Positions 21,985 to 31,391 of a stretch of 64,000 nt of DNA are shown here, piece after piece. Location of the stretch: positions 124,001 through 188,000 of IMG/VR virus record IMGVR_UViG_3300029983_000007; one strand, 5' to 3'. Below the pieces are notes generated by a model. The model saw only the letters and a program-made list of their open reading frames with translations. It was not told the origin of the DNA and made no database searches. The position numbers and the translations under genes are program-made. Position 1 is the first letter of the stretch. Each line of letters begins with the position of its first letter.

Positions 21985-22020
21985 ATTAAAGATTAAACTA
22001 TAGTTTAATCTTTAATTCAT
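21981..22020. repeat. Perfect 40-bp palindrome across convergent stop codons
   Basis: atgaattaaagattaaacta/tagtttaatctttaattcat. Confidence 0.95.
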
Positions 22021-23554
22021 CATATTTATATTGTTGTTTTTTATATAGTTCATCTCTTCTTGATTCATATTGTTTCCATAATATCGTTTTATATTCAGGA
22101 TGAAATATATCTACTAAATCAAAAACTATTAATTTAGTTTTTAATTTGTGTAGACGAAGACCACGCCCAATTGACTGTAATACTACCTGTCCGCTACGAA
22201 AACTATCTAGAAATATTATATTGTTTATAGCTTTTATCGACACACCTGTACTTAGTGTTCCGTAGCTGGCTACTAATATTTTAGGATTACCTGTAGTATC
22301 TTCCATTATTTTTTTTATATATTCTCTCTTTTCAGTACTTACACTACCGTCAATGAAAAACACATCTTTACCAATACAATTATCCTTTAAATGATTAAAT
22401 ATCTCAGTTCCATATGTAATAGTATGAAATAGTAATAATGAATTAGATTTAAATTTATCTGTCAAATTTTTAACAAAAGTCTTTCTTTTAGCTGAATTAT
22501 GAATGTATTCACGTTCCAGATCATACGCACGGCGCCCATCACTTTTCTTAACATTATAAACTCCTTCAGCAAACTTATGATTATCATGATGTAACATAAT
22601 AACTTTTATTTTAAGTTCAGCTATCAATCCTTTATCCATAAGTTTTTTTGCATTAATAGTTATAAGTTTAGGACCTAATAAAGATTGTATAGTCAATATC
22701 TCAACAGATGAATCAGAAGGATATGTACCTGACATTCCTGCCCGTATTTTAGCAATACCAAAAGTTTTTGTTAATATAGATTGAATTGTTGCAGCCTTCG
22801 CTGTATGAGCCTCATCACAAAAAACAATTTCAAATTGTGAAAACCAATCTTTTGGATATTTTTCTAATGATTGATAAGTGCCAATATATACATTAGGTAA
22901 TTTTTCTCCTTCTCTATATTTTCTTGGTTTATCACTCATAACTTCATCTATACGAATATCTAATGGAGTTTTATTATCATTATTAAAACCGTAGTTATAG
23001 TCATTCAAATCATTATAAAATTGAGTAACTAAACTTATACTTGGTACAATTAATAAAACCTTAGCCTTAGGATTTACTTTTTTTAAGTAATAAAAAAGTA
23101 ATGTACCAAATACTAATGATTTACCACCTGCAGTAGCAATTTCAATTAATCCGTATTGATGTTTTAATAATTGAAATATTGCATCTACTTGATGTTCATA
23201 AGGCATAAATGGTTTACCATCAGGAGTTTTATGATCTTTATAAAAATCATCAATAAATTCTTGTAATTTTTCTTTTGATATGTCTTTATTGCGTGGAAAT
23301 TGGTATTGATTTTCTATTATAAATTTGTAACCATACTCTTTGCAGCATTTATAAATTTCACCCCATAAACCGAAGTTAATCACGCCATCTGAGAAATAGC
23401 TAATTCCGCCATCCCAAACGCCGAGCTTAAACCTTTTCATAAAACGGTAATTATTAACTTTTCTTGTTAAGTATAATTTAAGTTGATTATATTCACCTTT
23501 TGTTGATTCAGTTAGAATTAATTTTGAATTATCTTTGTTTAGTTTAAATTTCAT
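21998..23554 (-). CDS. uvsW: UvsW-like SF2 DNA helicase
   Basis: WDGxI N-terminus, ATAGGKS, DEAH, GMSGT, STGVSI, QSIGRGLR. Confidence 0.9.
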   Translation of the reverse strand: MKFKLNKDNSKLILTESTKGEYNQLKLYLTRKVNNYRFMKRFKLGVWDGGISYFSDGVINFGLWGEIYKCCKEYGYKFIIENQYQFPRNKDISKEKLQEFIDDFYKDHKTPDGKPFMPYEHQVDAIFQLLKHQYGLIEIATAGGKSLVFGTLLFYYLKKVNPKAKVLLIVPSISLVTQFYNDLNDYNYGFNNDNKTPLDIRIDEVMSDKPRKYREGEKLPNVYIGTYQSLEKYPKDWFSQFEIVFCDEAHTAKAATIQSILTKTFGIAKIRAGMSGTYPSDSSVEILTIQSLLGPKLITINAKKLMDKGLIAELKIKVIMLHHDNHKFAEGVYNVKKSDGRRAYDLEREYIHNSAKRKTFVKNLTDKFKSNSLLLFHTITYGTEIFNHLKDNCIGKDVFFIDGSVSTEKREYIKKIMEDTTGNPKILVASYGTLSTGVSIKAINNIIFLDSFRSGQVVLQSIGRGLRLHKLKTKLIVFDLVDIFHPEYKTILWKQYESRRDELYKKQQYKYDELKIKL

Positions 23555-23729
23555 TTAATGCCTTTAATTTTTCTTTTCTTATGATAGAATTTGCTTTATT
23601 GTAATAATCTTGATAATATTCTTTATTTGTTATGAAAAATTCACTTATATGATATTTATTAGTTTTGATTCCAAATTTATAAGCTAATTCATCAATATAA
23701 ATTTTATATGCCAACTCATCTAATATCAT
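23544..23729 (-). CDS. Small hypothetical protein, RxxKL tag class
   Basis: Ends IIRKEKLKALNEI. Confidence 0.65.
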   Translation of the reverse strand: MILDELAYKIYIDELAYKFGIKTNKYHISEFFITNKEYYQDYYNKANSIIRKEKLKALNEI

Positions 23730-23952
23730 TTATCAATTCTAATTTCTTTTTTCTAATTTGTATAATACAAACACTATTAATATGTTTATTAATAATATTA
23801 GTTAACAATTCAATAGATATTATATCATTTACATCATAAATATACTCAGAATCATCTAAATGAGTTATTATAACTCTAGGTTTCCAAGTTGCTTCAGCTA
23901 TCATTGATGCTGATTTAATTCCATATTTTTTTAATTCTTCGTCGCTTAACAT
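23716..23952 (-). CDS. Small hypothetical protein, RxxKL tag class
   Basis: Ends QIRKKKLELINDIR. Confidence 0.65.
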   Translation of the reverse strand: MLSDEELKKYGIKSASMIAEATWKPRVIITHLDDSEYIYDVNDIISIELLTNIINKHINSVCIIQIRKKKLELINDIR

Positions 23953-24410
23953 TATTTATATCCTCCTAAAATATTTGCAAGTTCAATTTTAGCTTTAACA
24001 GAATAGTTTATTGATTCTAAATTTTTAGATGTATCTCTTAAAAAATTAACATGTTCATCTAATTCATTTATAAAACATTGATAATCAGACAAATCAGCTT
24101 CAATCAATCTTAATTTTTCTGTACCAGAAGTTTTAACTTGGTATGATGTTGCATAGAATTCAAATTTATCTTTTGTTAGTACTTTCATTTTTTGAACAAG
24201 TTTATGTATTTTTACACTATAATTTTTTATTTCTTCTACTACCATTTGTCTTTGACTTATTGCTTCAGCTTGAATATCTGCGATATTCATCAAATTATCA
24301 TGTATTAATCTACCTGTCAATTTATTTACAATTGCAATCCATTGTTTACTAGATTCTAACATCTTTTTTTGTAATTTTTGACGTGAATCTAAATCTTCGT
24401 TTTCAGACAT
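23952..24410 (-). CDS. uvsY: UvsY-like recombination mediator
   Basis: About 152-aa helical protein (start moved to ATG 24410) with KFEFY...LIEADL...FLRDT.KNL..INYSVK; upstream of uvsW. Confidence 0.6.
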   Translation of the reverse strand: MSENEDLDSRQKLQKKMLESSKQWIAIVNKLTGRLIHDNLMNIADIQAEAISQRQMVVEEIKNYSVKIHKLVQKMKVLTKDKFEFYATSYQVKTSGTEKLRLIEADLSDYQCFINELDEHVNFLRDTSKNLESINYSVKAKIELANILGGYK

Positions 24411-24459
24411 AGTTATTACTTTATTTTTATTTTTATGTATTATAAATAACTGGTATAGT

Positions 24460-25194
24460 TTAAATTTTTGTGAAATTAAGATCAAAATAATAGTCAAAAT
24501 TATATTGGCTAGATGGTTTATTTTGATTATACAACAGAGTTATGTTATTAAAATTGTAAGGATCATAACCTTGTACACTAACATTGGTTAGATTTTCAGT
24601 TTTATACACATCAGGATTAAATTTTGGATTATATTGTAATATAATATTATTATAAATAGTTTGGTTTGTTATACTATAATAACTCACATAAAATTGTACA
24701 GAATCTAATCTATATCTACTGAATATATTACTATTTATATATTCATATATAGCATTATTTATATCATTTGAATAGATATCGTCTTGTCTTATAATTTTAA
24801 ATACTCTTTGTTCTTTTATTTTGAAAAATAAATAATCTTTTAATATTTGAGAGCCATTAATATTTATTTGCCATCTTGTATTATTATTCTTATCTGATTC
24901 TGTTTGACTATATGGTATAATTACTTGATTATTATCTTTTAAATCTGATAAATTTTCATTAAAATTAACTTCCCATCCATCAGGTATTGTATTGATGTCA
25001 TAGTATTGATATCCATTATTCCCATTGGTTGTATCATTTACAATTTGACTAAATTTTATAGCGTCATCATTAATTGAGATTTTATCTTCTGTATAAATTA
25101 TTTTACCACCAAAAAAAGTTCTTAATTCTGTTTGATTCATTGTACCTGGTATAGAGTTTACAGAAAATTTCTTTAATATCAAATTGCTTTTCAC
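24460..25194 (-). CDS. Hypothetical protein, probably structural
   Basis: 244-aa N/Y-rich ORF at the end of the structural operon. Confidence 0.65.
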   Translation of the reverse strand: MKSNLILKKFSVNSIPGTMNQTELRTFFGGKIIYTEDKISINDDAIKFSQIVNDTTNGNNGYQYYDINTIPDGWEVNFNENLSDLKDNNQVIIPYSQTESDKNNNTRWQININGSQILKDYLFFKIKEQRVFKIIRQDDIYSNDINNAIYEYINSNIFSRYRLDSVQFYVSYYSITNQTIYNNIILQYNPKFNPDVYKTENLTNVSVQGYDPYNFNNITLLYNQNKPSSQYNFDYYFDLNFTKI

Positions 25195-25210
25195 TATTTA
25201 TTGATTTTTT

Positions 25211-25558
25211 TTATAAGTTAAATTTGTTAGCAACGAATTCAGATTCATCTACATTGATAACTCCTCCAAATTTATAACCTTTTTCATCCATCCATTTATC
25301 ATTTATACCTCCATTATAATACTCATATCCCCATTTTTTAAGAGGTTCATATTCTGGATGATAAACAATATACATATAATTTCTTCTATAATCTTTTATT
25401 GTTAATACATTTTCCAATGCATAATTAACATAATTTTGAATTCTGTCTTTAGGACAATTGAGTTTTTTTAAAGAATTTTTGAATCTTTTATCAGTTGGTA
25501 CTAGCCAGTATGTTGTTTCATTGTATAATTCATCTTCAAAGAATTTTAAGTATTTCAT
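25211..25558 (-). CDS. Tag-class small protein, paralog 1 of 3
   Basis: MKYLKFFE...YWLVPTDKRF...ANKFNL. Confidence 0.75.
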   Translation of the reverse strand: MKYLKFFEDELYNETTYWLVPTDKRFKNSLKKLNCPKDRIQNYVNYALENVLTIKDYRRNYMYIVYHPEYEPLKKWGYEYYNGGINDKWMDEKGYKFGGVINVDESEFVANKFNL

Positions 25559-25560
25559 TA

Positions 25561-25890
25561 TTATATATTAAATTTGTTAGCAACTAATTCAGATTCATCT
25601 ATGTTTACTGTACCCATAAATTTAAATTTATTTTCGTTGTAATAATCATCAGTCATTTTATTTCTATATTCATTCCAACCCCATTTAAAATCTACATTAG
25701 AATTATAATTGGTTTCGTCATAGCCAATAAATACATATTTATGTTCTTTTAAACTGCTACTATCTAAAAAACCCCTTATTTTTCTATCAGTACAATTTAT
25801 TTGTTTTAATGATGTTACAAATCTATCATCAGTTGGAAGCAACCAATACATTTTTTTGCTATTTTTTTCAAATTGCTTAATATATTTCAT
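25561..25890 (-). CDS. Tag-class small protein, paralog 2 of 3
   Basis: MKYIKQFE...YWLLPTDDRF...ANKFNI. Confidence 0.75.
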   Translation of the reverse strand: MKYIKQFEKNSKKMYWLLPTDDRFVTSLKQINCTDRKIRGFLDSSSLKEHKYVFIGYDETNYNSNVDFKWGWNEYRNKMTDDYYNENKFKFMGTVNIDESELVANKFNI

Positions 25891-26231
25891 TATATGTTAA
25901 ATTTATTTGCTTCTAATTCATATTCATTCATATTTACTGTACCCATAAATTTATAATTATTAATTTCATAAAAATTATCAGTCAGATTATCTTCATATTC
26001 TGTCCAACCCCATTTATCATCTTCAACATTACCTCGATTTGGATTATATCCAATAAATATATATTTTGAATTAATACTCCTATTACTCAAAAAACCTTTA
26101 ATTCTATTTTCGCTACACTTTATTTGTCTCAAAGAGTCTTCAAATCTTTCATCAGTTGACATTAGCCAATGTCTACATGAATCATATAAATTAGAGTCAA
26201 AAACATCTTCAAATATTTTAATATACTTCAT
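25890..26231 (-). CDS. Tag-class small protein, paralog 3 of 3
   Basis: MKYIKIFE...HWLMSTDERF...ANKFNI. Confidence 0.75.
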   Translation of the reverse strand: MKYIKIFEDVFDSNLYDSCRHWLMSTDERFEDSLRQIKCSENRIKGFLSNRSINSKYIFIGYNPNRGNVEDDKWGWTEYEDNLTDNFYEINNYKFMGTVNMNEYELEANKFNI

Positions 26232-27868
26232 ATTTTAAATTTTAGGTTACCAGAGTCGTATATTCTGTATATTTTTCTATCAATCATAATTTGATGTTCA
26301 GTTTTATTTTTATCAAAACCTTGCTTGACTAATAAATCTTTTCTGAAGTTAAATCTATGATGTCTGATTCCGTCAATTATATAGTAATAATTTGGTTGTG
26401 TTTTTCCGTCATATTTAAATCCAAGAGTTTCATATAATTTACCTTGACTAAAACTTCTATCAGCGTATGTGGATATTTCATTTGGTTTATAATTTTTCAT
26501 GAAATATTTAAATAATCTTGATGCACCGCCAACAACGTTAGTATTTAATTTATTACAGAAACGTAATAGTTCATATTCACCTTTATTTGTTGATTTTTTA
26601 CCCATTGCTATACGTCTATTACCGAAAGTCATCAGACTAACTAATTCATCATTATAAAATAATCCAATTTTAACTTTTGATCCGACAAATCCTTGAATGT
26701 GATTGGTATCAAGAAATTCTCTAACCAACTTATTGTCAATTATTTCTTTAATTTCGCATTTTCTCGCATATAATTTAATAGTATTTTTACCTAATTTATT
26801 TAATATTATTGATTTAACGATTTCTTGTTTATATAACCAATCATCTTCCCATATATGAATTAATTGTATTCCTTGTTTTTCACACAACTCAGTTTTATTT
26901 AAATGATAATTATTTTCTTTGTGCAATTCATTATGCCAATATACTCCATTGAATTCAAACGCTATTTTTAAATCTGGTATATAAATATCTAATTCATATG
27001 GATTTAAAATAGTTCTATCATTGTATATTATATTAATCTTACAATTGTTTTTTATAAAAATGTGTAATTGAGTTTCATATCCACTATTTGAAAATGATCC
27101 AATTGGATTACATACAGTACAAATAACAGTCTTAGAAATTTTCCTATTATATAAAATATTAGCTACAATATTAAAATTGTGATTTTTTTTACAATCACAT
27201 TTAAATGTATAAATATTATCAATCAATGATATAATATTATTATTTTCATATAATTTTAATATTTTTTTAGTCCTATTTTTTTTTATTTTATCTTTTATTT
27301 CTAAAAATGAAAATGGATTATCAAACCCATGATTTTTTAAATTTGTTTCTTTTATTTTTTCTTTTATTTTTTCTGACTGCATTAGAATACCATTAAATCT
27401 GTCATTCATTGTGTTTTTGAATTTTAATTTAATTTCATTTGATTGCATAGGATTTAATACCTTATAATTATTGAAAGTGGTTTTTTCTTTTTTTAATTTA
27501 ATATCATTTAATTTAGAAACGTTATCAACTCCATATTTTTCTAAACAAGTTCTTTTTGATTTTACTGAATTATTATAATTTTCAACTCCATATTTTTCTA
27601 AGTTGGTTTTTTTAGATTTAAAATTGAAGCATTTTTTACAAGTGTAAATATCATATTTTGATATATTTTTATTATATTTTTGATAAGTTATGATTTTTTC
27701 ATTGTCACAAATGTCACATTTTACCAACAATTTAACCGCACTATTGATTGGTAATTGTGATATCAGTATTTCAATATTATCTCCACTTGATATGTTATTA
27801 TACCATTTTTTATAGTGAGATATTGTTTTATTACTAACTTTTATGTTTATTGTATTTTCTACTATCAT
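26228..27868 (-). CDS. Free-standing homing-endonuclease-like protein (KYGV repeats, PD-(D/E)xK core, Hef-like C-terminus)
   Basis: VKCDIC, LEKYGVEN repeats, ELDIYIPDLKIAFEFNGVYWH, LIHIWEDDW, YELLRFC, YADRS; paralog of 45687-47573. Confidence 0.75.
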   Translation of the reverse strand: MIVENTINIKVSNKTISHYKKWYNNISSGDNIEILISQLPINSAVKLLVKCDICDNEKIITYQKYNKNISKYDIYTCKKCFNFKSKKTNLEKYGVENYNNSVKSKRTCLEKYGVDNVSKLNDIKLKKEKTTFNNYKVLNPMQSNEIKLKFKNTMNDRFNGILMQSEKIKEKIKETNLKNHGFDNPFSFLEIKDKIKKNRTKKILKLYENNNIISLIDNIYTFKCDCKKNHNFNIVANILYNRKISKTVICTVCNPIGSFSNSGYETQLHIFIKNNCKINIIYNDRTILNPYELDIYIPDLKIAFEFNGVYWHNELHKENNYHLNKTELCEKQGIQLIHIWEDDWLYKQEIVKSIILNKLGKNTIKLYARKCEIKEIIDNKLVREFLDTNHIQGFVGSKVKIGLFYNDELVSLMTFGNRRIAMGKKSTNKGEYELLRFCNKLNTNVVGGASRLFKYFMKNYKPNEISTYADRSFSQGKLYETLGFKYDGKTQPNYYYIIDGIRHHRFNFRKDLLVKQGFDKNKTEHQIMIDRKIYRIYDSGNLKFKI

Positions 27869-27898
27869 TTTATAAATATTAATTTATGTTTGTTATTA

Positions 27899-27926
27899 AT
27901 TATAAAAATTTATTCATGTTTTGTTT
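27899..27926 (-). promoter_or_regulatory. Putative middle promoter AAAC-N18-TATAAT
   Basis: Exact spacing; 30 nt upstream of the endonuclease start. Confidence 0.55.
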
Positions 27927-30900
27927 TTATTCATATTTTGTTTTTATAGGATCTATTATATATTCAACATGAGAATAATTAGAAAATACATTATTATTCA
28001 TGTTTTGGTCAATATTAGTTATAACATAAAAATCTTTATCCCATGATGAATTGAATATAAATCTTGAACTAAATTCATATCCATATTCATCTACCATTGG
28101 ATAAATTGATAAATCTGTATCAATATTTTTTAATTTTAATGGAGAAGATATTGGATTAACTTTTGAATATATTAATTCTTCTATTCTTCCAAAGTTTTCG
28201 TATGTAGTATCAAATTTATAATTCGAATTCCATGATTTTATTGTATCACCAGATAAATAAAGAGATACATTATTAAAAATTGATATATTATTAAATATTG
28301 GTTCATATGAGCCGTTGTATCTATAAATTGAATTTGTTGATGATACACCATTTGATGTGTTCATTATAGTTTCATTATTATTCAAATACATAGTTCTTGC
28401 TAAAGGATCAGTTACATTATATTTTTGTTTTTTATTATTGTCATAATAAATTTGATATTTATCATAAATGTTTGCTGATGGTCCTTTTATTGCGTTTTTA
28501 ATATATGAATTTTTACTAGTTTCTAATAATTTAGGATCATTCAAAGTGAAAATAAAAGGTGGATAATTATGAATCCAATCTGATACATTTTTCATTGTAC
28601 CTCCGGTTATATTCATAGGAAAAGTATATCCAGATTGTCCATGTGAATTTACGTAATAATATGTTATACCAGAATCAAATTCTGATAGAGTATTCATATC
28701 ATCAAATGCATCAAATATATTTGATGCTACAATTAAAGATGGATCAAAATCAGTAACATTTGCAGGATAAGATAAACTATGTCCTTCCAATGTTTTAGAA
28801 TTATACAATCCAAATTTTTCTCCAAAAACAGCAACATTGTTTATATTTATGTACTCTTGTTGAATTGGAATTTTAACATTAATTATAATTAAAAAATTCT
28901 TAAATTTTTCATTTAAAATTACATGAATTGAATTTGATGAAATATCTATTACGTTATTATTAGATAATCCGTTTTCATATGTTGAATTATATACACCATC
29001 AGTATAATATTCATATACATCATTAAGAATTATTGAAAATTTATAATTATTGAAATTTTTACTATTATCTGCTACAATATTTGTTATTTTTCCATTAATA
29101 TCTCTTGATATATTTGATACATTTAATGCATTTATATTTAATCCTTTAAATAAGGTATTGGATGCACTATAATTATCACCTGATTGTAATGTTGAGTATT
29201 TTAATGTTTGCTTAACGTAATCTATATCATCAATAGTAAAATTTGATTTGTTTTTGAAAAAATAATCAAAATAATCAAAGTCAGAATTTAAATATAAATC
29301 TAAGTTGAATTTTTTACTAAAGCTTTCCATAAAATCAACTTCAATATTAGTAGTTTGATTTAGATATTTAACTGTATTGCCTGTATTACCTGAGAAAAAA
29401 TTACCTATTCTATAAAAATAATCTAAGTTCTTTTCAACTTCATTTGGCTTTAAACTAAATACATTGCAAGTAGAATTGAATGTATCACCAATATTAAATG
29501 AATTATTTAGTTTATAAGGATAATCACAATTAGAATTTGAGCCAGCAAATCCCCATTTTACTACTGATGGATTTTTTCTCCATATTTTAGTTAAATTATT
29601 AAATGATATTTCATAGAGTTCATCATCTGAAACATATTCAGATGAAACATTCATTACTTGATATTGTCCATCTTCTCCTCTTGGATGTGTCATATATGAT
29701 TTAGTTAATGAAGACGTATCAGTATAATCCACAGCATATAGTTTTTGTTCATCTGTTGAAGTATATGTATCTTTTTCATAATCGAAATCTGCAAAATGCG
29801 TATTGACTCTATTAAAATCAAAATCTTTAATATCACTAAATTTTACTCTATAAACAGGATAAACTATTGGTTTATTTCCATATGTATATATTTCCTTTTT
29901 TATATAATATGTACTATCTTTTCCGCCTTTCCAATATTCCAATCCTGTTGAATATGAATTTATCGCATAATCACTTTGTATAAAATAATTACCGTTTTTA
30001 TTTTTTAAAACATGATATATTCCATCTATTTGAATTAAGTATAAATCTGCATACATTGATTCTATAGAATTTCCTGAATAATATGGATCTATGTTGAAGT
30101 TTGATGTATAACCAGATATATGATTAGTCACACCAGAAGGATTATTAATAACATTACATTTATAATTATAACCATTTGTATAATTAATATTACAAGTTCT
30201 ATCATTAGAAACATTGAAAGTATAACCACTCATATCAATATTACTAACTATTCTATATGTATTAACACCTTTGTTATTTACTCTTATAACGTTATAAAAT
30301 TCATTATCATAATCAGAACCAGTAAGTTGAACCCAATATTTCTTATCTAAAAAGAATCCTTCAACAAAAGGAGATTCACGACTTTCTATAAATGTGTTAC
30401 CTGACATATGTCCAAATATATTATTTTTCAAAGTGAATCCACTTTTCAATTCAGGAGTGACATATGATGTTAAATTAGTTATTAGTTCTAATTTATCAGC
30501 ATAAAAACCATAATATCTATTTATAGAATAATTATTTATATTTATAGGATTAGCAGGTACGTCATCAAATAAAAATTTCAAATTTAATATATGTGGAAAT
30601 ATTAAATTATTATTTTCAAAAGATTTAATAATTTCATTTTCAAGTTTAAAATGTGGCTGCTCATATTTTAGTATAGATTGTAAGAAATTAGATTTATTTA
30701 CATAACTACCATTTTTATAATCAATACCATAAAATTTTGAATATTCATATTGTCTAAAATCTAAATCAAATGATCTTTCTGGAAATGATGTATTATTTTT
30801 AAAATTGTCATAAAAAAATAATCCTAAATTTGTATTATATCTCATATCTATTAAAGATACACATTTCCATTTATCTACTATTTGAGTATGAAAGTTATCT

Positions 30901-31361
30901 TTATTTAATTTACTTGCACCTAAATCATCATCTTCTGTTTCATAAGGTGCTGCGCCATCAACTCTTAATATAACAAATCCATCAGGTAAATTATCTTTTC
31001 TTATGAATAATGGAGCTAAATATTCAAAATTCTCATTATACCAATTATCTTCTACAGATTTTGCTCCACTCCAATAAATATCATCAAATTGTTTATTATA
31101 TTTATCAAATACATTAGTAACATCTGAATCATATTTTACATCAAATGCTAATTGTGATGATAAACCATCATAATAATTTACTATTTGATTTTCATATAAT
31201 TTATTTTTAGAAATAGGATAATGTTTATATTTTTGATTAGATAACTGAGTATTAGTATCAAATGACTCTAAATATAGTTTATAATCAGAACTAACAACTA
31301 ATTTTATATTAGTTGTTAGTGCTGGATTAGTTCTTAATAATTGAAAACTGTTATTTATCAT
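27927..31361 (-). CDS. Large putative virion structural protein
   Basis: 1144 aa, N/Y/F-rich, late operon, 11 [ST]GxT motifs; no family recognised. Confidence 0.6.
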   Translation of the reverse strand: MINNSFQLLRTNPALTTNIKLVVSSDYKLYLESFDTNTQLSNQKYKHYPISKNKLYENQIVNYYDGLSSQLAFDVKYDSDVTNVFDKYNKQFDDIYWSGAKSVEDNWYNENFEYLAPLFIRKDNLPDGFVILRVDGAAPYETEDDDLGASKLNKDNFHTQIVDKWKCVSLIDMRYNTNLGLFFYDNFKNNTSFPERSFDLDFRQYEYSKFYGIDYKNGSYVNKSNFLQSILKYEQPHFKLENEIIKSFENNNLIFPHILNLKFLFDDVPANPININNYSINRYYGFYADKLELITNLTSYVTPELKSGFTLKNNIFGHMSGNTFIESRESPFVEGFFLDKKYWVQLTGSDYDNEFYNVIRVNNKGVNTYRIVSNIDMSGYTFNVSNDRTCNINYTNGYNYKCNVINNPSGVTNHISGYTSNFNIDPYYSGNSIESMYADLYLIQIDGIYHVLKNKNGNYFIQSDYAINSYSTGLEYWKGGKDSTYYIKKEIYTYGNKPIVYPVYRVKFSDIKDFDFNRVNTHFADFDYEKDTYTSTDEQKLYAVDYTDTSSLTKSYMTHPRGEDGQYQVMNVSSEYVSDDELYEISFNNLTKIWRKNPSVVKWGFAGSNSNCDYPYKLNNSFNIGDTFNSTCNVFSLKPNEVEKNLDYFYRIGNFFSGNTGNTVKYLNQTTNIEVDFMESFSKKFNLDLYLNSDFDYFDYFFKNKSNFTIDDIDYVKQTLKYSTLQSGDNYSASNTLFKGLNINALNVSNISRDINGKITNIVADNSKNFNNYKFSIILNDVYEYYTDGVYNSTYENGLSNNNVIDISSNSIHVILNEKFKNFLIIINVKIPIQQEYININNVAVFGEKFGLYNSKTLEGHSLSYPANVTDFDPSLIVASNIFDAFDDMNTLSEFDSGITYYYVNSHGQSGYTFPMNITGGTMKNVSDWIHNYPPFIFTLNDPKLLETSKNSYIKNAIKGPSANIYDKYQIYYDNNKKQKYNVTDPLARTMYLNNNETIMNTSNGVSSTNSIYRYNGSYEPIFNNISIFNNVSLYLSGDTIKSWNSNYKFDTTYENFGRIEELIYSKVNPISSPLKLKNIDTDLSIYPMVDEYGYEFSSRFIFNSSWDKDFYVITNIDQNMNNNVFSNYSHVEYIIDPIKTKYE

Positions 31362-31391
31362 TTTTAATATATTTTTTATAATTTATTACAT

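Noticed and set aside
27910-27946. ~17-nt tandem duplication beside the 26228-27868 endonuclease as a target-site duplication
   Set aside because: Both copies are on the same side of the gene, so it is not a flanking duplication.
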